Assembly: GCA_012519115.1 (NCBI GenBank)
Contig: JAAYQW010000050.1
Location: 2,459 to 66,458 of the forward strand
Source: Spirochaetales bacterium
GTDB taxonomy: Bacteria; Spirochaetota; Spirochaetia; Sphaerochaetales; Sphaerochaetaceae
Length of the DNA: 64,000 bases
Reading direction: 5' to 3'
Of this stretch, positions 61,880 to 64,000 are shown piece by piece (the first letter of the stretch is position 1; every line of letters starts with the position of its first letter). A program made the translations under genes and the position numbers. The notes beneath the pieces were generated by a model. That model was not told where the DNA came from. It ran no database searches and saw only the letters and a list, made by a program, of their open reading frames with translations.

Positions 61880-63064
61880 TTAGGAAAATCGATCTCGGAT
61901 AAGGTTCCCGTCGATGAAAAGAGCCTTCATCTGGAGGTTCTTGTCGAGCACAAGAATATCGGCGATATTACCGGGAATAAGCATTCCCATCTTCGAGAGG
62001 CCATAGATCCGAGCAGGGTTTGTTGAACTCATCTGAATTGCATGTTCAATGGGAACCTCCCAGTCGATGACGTTTCTCAGTCCCTGAAGCATCGTCAGTC
62101 CGCTGCCGATGAAGAGGGTGGGGTCATCCTTTGCGACGAATGCTCCGTTTGGTCCAAGTGTTGCGGGAACTCCATTGGCGGTCAAGCTTCCGCCCCGTTG
62201 ACGCGTCGGCTTGAGGGAATCGGTGATCATCACGATATTATCGAGCGGCTTGTCTCTGAGGAGCATTTTTACCAGCTGAGGGTGAACGTGAACCCCATCG
62301 GGAATGATCTCGCACTGCATATCCTTTTCAATGAGGATCGCTCCGACGGTTCCGGGGTCTCGGTGATGAAGACGGCTCATCGCATTGAAGAAATGGGTGG
62401 AATGCAAAATGCCCACCTGCATTCCTTCGAGGATGTTTTCATAGCTGGCGTCGGTGTGTCCGGCAAGAAGAACGATGCCCCGCTCTCTGGCTAAGAGGGC
62501 TAATTCACGCATGCCTTTGAGCTCGGGGGCCACCGTCATACAGATGATGTTGCCTTCTCCGGCATCGATCAGTCGGTTGAAAACCGCCAGATCCACCGGG
62601 AGAACCCCTTCCGGGTTCTGGGCGCCGACCCGCTTCAACGAGATAAAGGGTCCTTCCACGTTGATTCCGAGAATCCGAGCCCCTCTCTCCTTGCCCATGG
62701 CTTCGCTGATCGCTTTGATCGAACGGATCATCTCATCGAGGGTGTTGGTATAGACGGTCGGCATGAATGCCGATACTCCGACGTCCGCTAGGCGTTCACT
62801 CATTTGAAGGATTGAATGAGGATCATTGTCTTCGGTTCCGAAGCCACCGATGCCGTGCAGGTGACTGTCGATCATGCCGGGGGTGATATACCCGCCGCCT
62901 GCATCAAGAATCGTGGTATCAGGGGGAAAGTGCTTGTTGCTGAATCGGGACATATTGAAGATATCTCCGATTTGCCCCTTTTCATTGATATAGACCCCAC
63001 AATCCTTCAGTTTTCCATATCCAGTTACGACGGTGCCATTTATCAATACGCTTCTTTGGCTCAT
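61880..63064 (-). CDS. nagA: N-acetylglucosamine-6-phosphate deacetylase
   Basis: PGMIDSHLHG, EGPFI, VAPE, GHTDA, THFFNAM, DGVHVHP and ITD. Confidence 0.92.
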   Translation of the reverse strand: MSQRSVLINGTVVTGYGKLKDCGVYINEKGQIGDIFNMSRFSNKHFPPDTTILDAGGGYITPGMIDSHLHGIGGFGTEDNDPHSILQMSERLADVGVSAFMPTVYTNTLDEMIRSIKAISEAMGKERGARILGINVEGPFISLKRVGAQNPEGVLPVDLAVFNRLIDAGEGNIICMTVAPELKGMRELALLARERGIVLLAGHTDASYENILEGMQVGILHSTHFFNAMSRLHHRDPGTVGAILIEKDMQCEIIPDGVHVHPQLVKMLLRDKPLDNIVMITDSLKPTRQRGGSLTANGVPATLGPNGAFVAKDDPTLFIGSGLTMLQGLRNVIDWEVPIEHAIQMSSTNPARIYGLSKMGMLIPGNIADILVLDKNLQMKALFIDGNLIRDRFS

Positions 63065-63235
63065 AATATGCCCCTCTTCCTTTAATAATAATAGAAAGAG
63101 ACGGCTCGGCGGTCAATGAATGGTAAGGTCGTTCAACCACTTTCCGCTCTTCAGGCGGCCTAGGCCGATCCATGGCTTGAGCGCTTCCATCCGCAATAAA
63201 AAGAGAAGCGGGACGAATCAGGTGCGAAGGAGTTT

Positions 63236-64000
63236 TTAATCCACTTCAGGCCAAAGCATTGGAAAACAATCCAGTGGGCAAAGAGGATGAGCGCTTTTTA
63301 TGAAAGGCCATATCTCTCTTCCAAACAAATCAAGAAGAAGAAAGACAACCGGGTTGAGCGGCATCGACTTGTTGCAGCGGGTTATCAGGTCAATCTCTTT
63401 GTCAAAGATGTGACGTTGACTTGTTTCCAAGGCATCAAATGAATCGGTTTCTCCATCAGTCATGTTTCGTGCTCGTTGAAGATGTGTGTTGCAGACACTG
63501 AGTGCATAGTCAAAACGAACAGGACGACTTCTCTTTGAATTGAGTTTTGAAATGTGCTCCTTGTATCTTTTATTCTCCGATGTCGGGTAGGGACACTTGA
63601 TTGAGCATGCGTTTGGAGACTCGGATGATCCCAGAATGATTCTATCATAGGGTAGTTTATCAACAATTTGCCGGATTCGCTTGTTTCGTTATCACAATGG
63701 TCAAGCAGGAATTTGACGTTTTTGGTGTAGCGTTCAATCTTATTATCATATCTTGAGGGAACACATTGCACGTCATGATCAAAGAGAAGAAAGGTTTGGG
63801 ATATTCTCTCTTTTTGGATTCCAAGCAACTCTTCGGGGTTGTCCAGCAAGCGCGGCGATTCTTGTAACACTCCGATGTAGTCAAGAAAAGGATCGTCCTT
63901 GATTTTCCTGTAGAGGCTGATGAGATCTGATTTCCAAAAAGCGAGGGCGATTGTCGGCAGCTTTATGGATGTTTCTTTTTGAATCTCTTCAAAGAGTTCC
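63236..64000 (-). pseudogene. Frameshifted hypothetical gene (putative TOPRIM-like DxD protein), 5' end outside the window
   Basis: One frame is open from the window end through LLFDHD...DNETSESGKLLINYPMIESF; a second frame continues ENKRYKEHIS...PLNPVVFLLLD to the stop at 63236; the switch lies at about 63570-63635. Confidence 0.55.

Noticed and set aside
63085-63235. Possible tRNA or att site at the accessory-region boundary
   Set aside because: No cloverleaf or T-loop found; only a short palindrome CGGCCTAGGCCG

Overview
Core chromosomal region of a spirochaete, most likely Sphaerochaetaceae-like (inferred from protein style and the spirochaete-type gene order; GC appears to be in the mid-50s by eye). 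It spans the replication origin: jag-yidC-rnpA-rpmH-dciA-recF-dnaN-[oriC]-dnaA on the minus strand, diverging from gyrB-gyrA, then three parS sites, nfu, parA, parB, a cyclophilin-FKBP fusion and radA. The flanks carry housekeeping and metabolic genes (leuS, an aroF-pheA fusion, nth, metF/metH, pth, a large GH13, gpmI, pepP, lgt, ctpA, rsmE, murA, metK, nrdDG, fprA, pepD, nagA). No rRNA, tRNA, CRISPR array or transposase was seen. The most notable signals are non-coding: (1) about 14 operon-leading genes, including dnaA, parA and murA, have a -10 box (mostly with a -35 box 17 nt upstream) only 6-9 nt before the ATG and no usable Shine-Dalgarno sequence, which suggests pervasive leaderless mRNAs; (2) a second AT-rich DnaA-box cluster lies between convergent genes about 12.5 kb from oriC; (3) a SAM-II-type riboswitch with a terminator/antiterminator platform precedes metK; (4) tandem NrdR boxes plus a cobalamin riboswitch precede nrdDG. 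Unusual proteins include a HEPN-like/coiled-coil/SF1 helicase, an HTH-less sigma54-type activator, a degenerate DAACS transporter, a DUF5058 membrane pair and a frameshifted TOPRIM-like gene at the right edge. All calls come from reading the sequence by eye; no searches were run.
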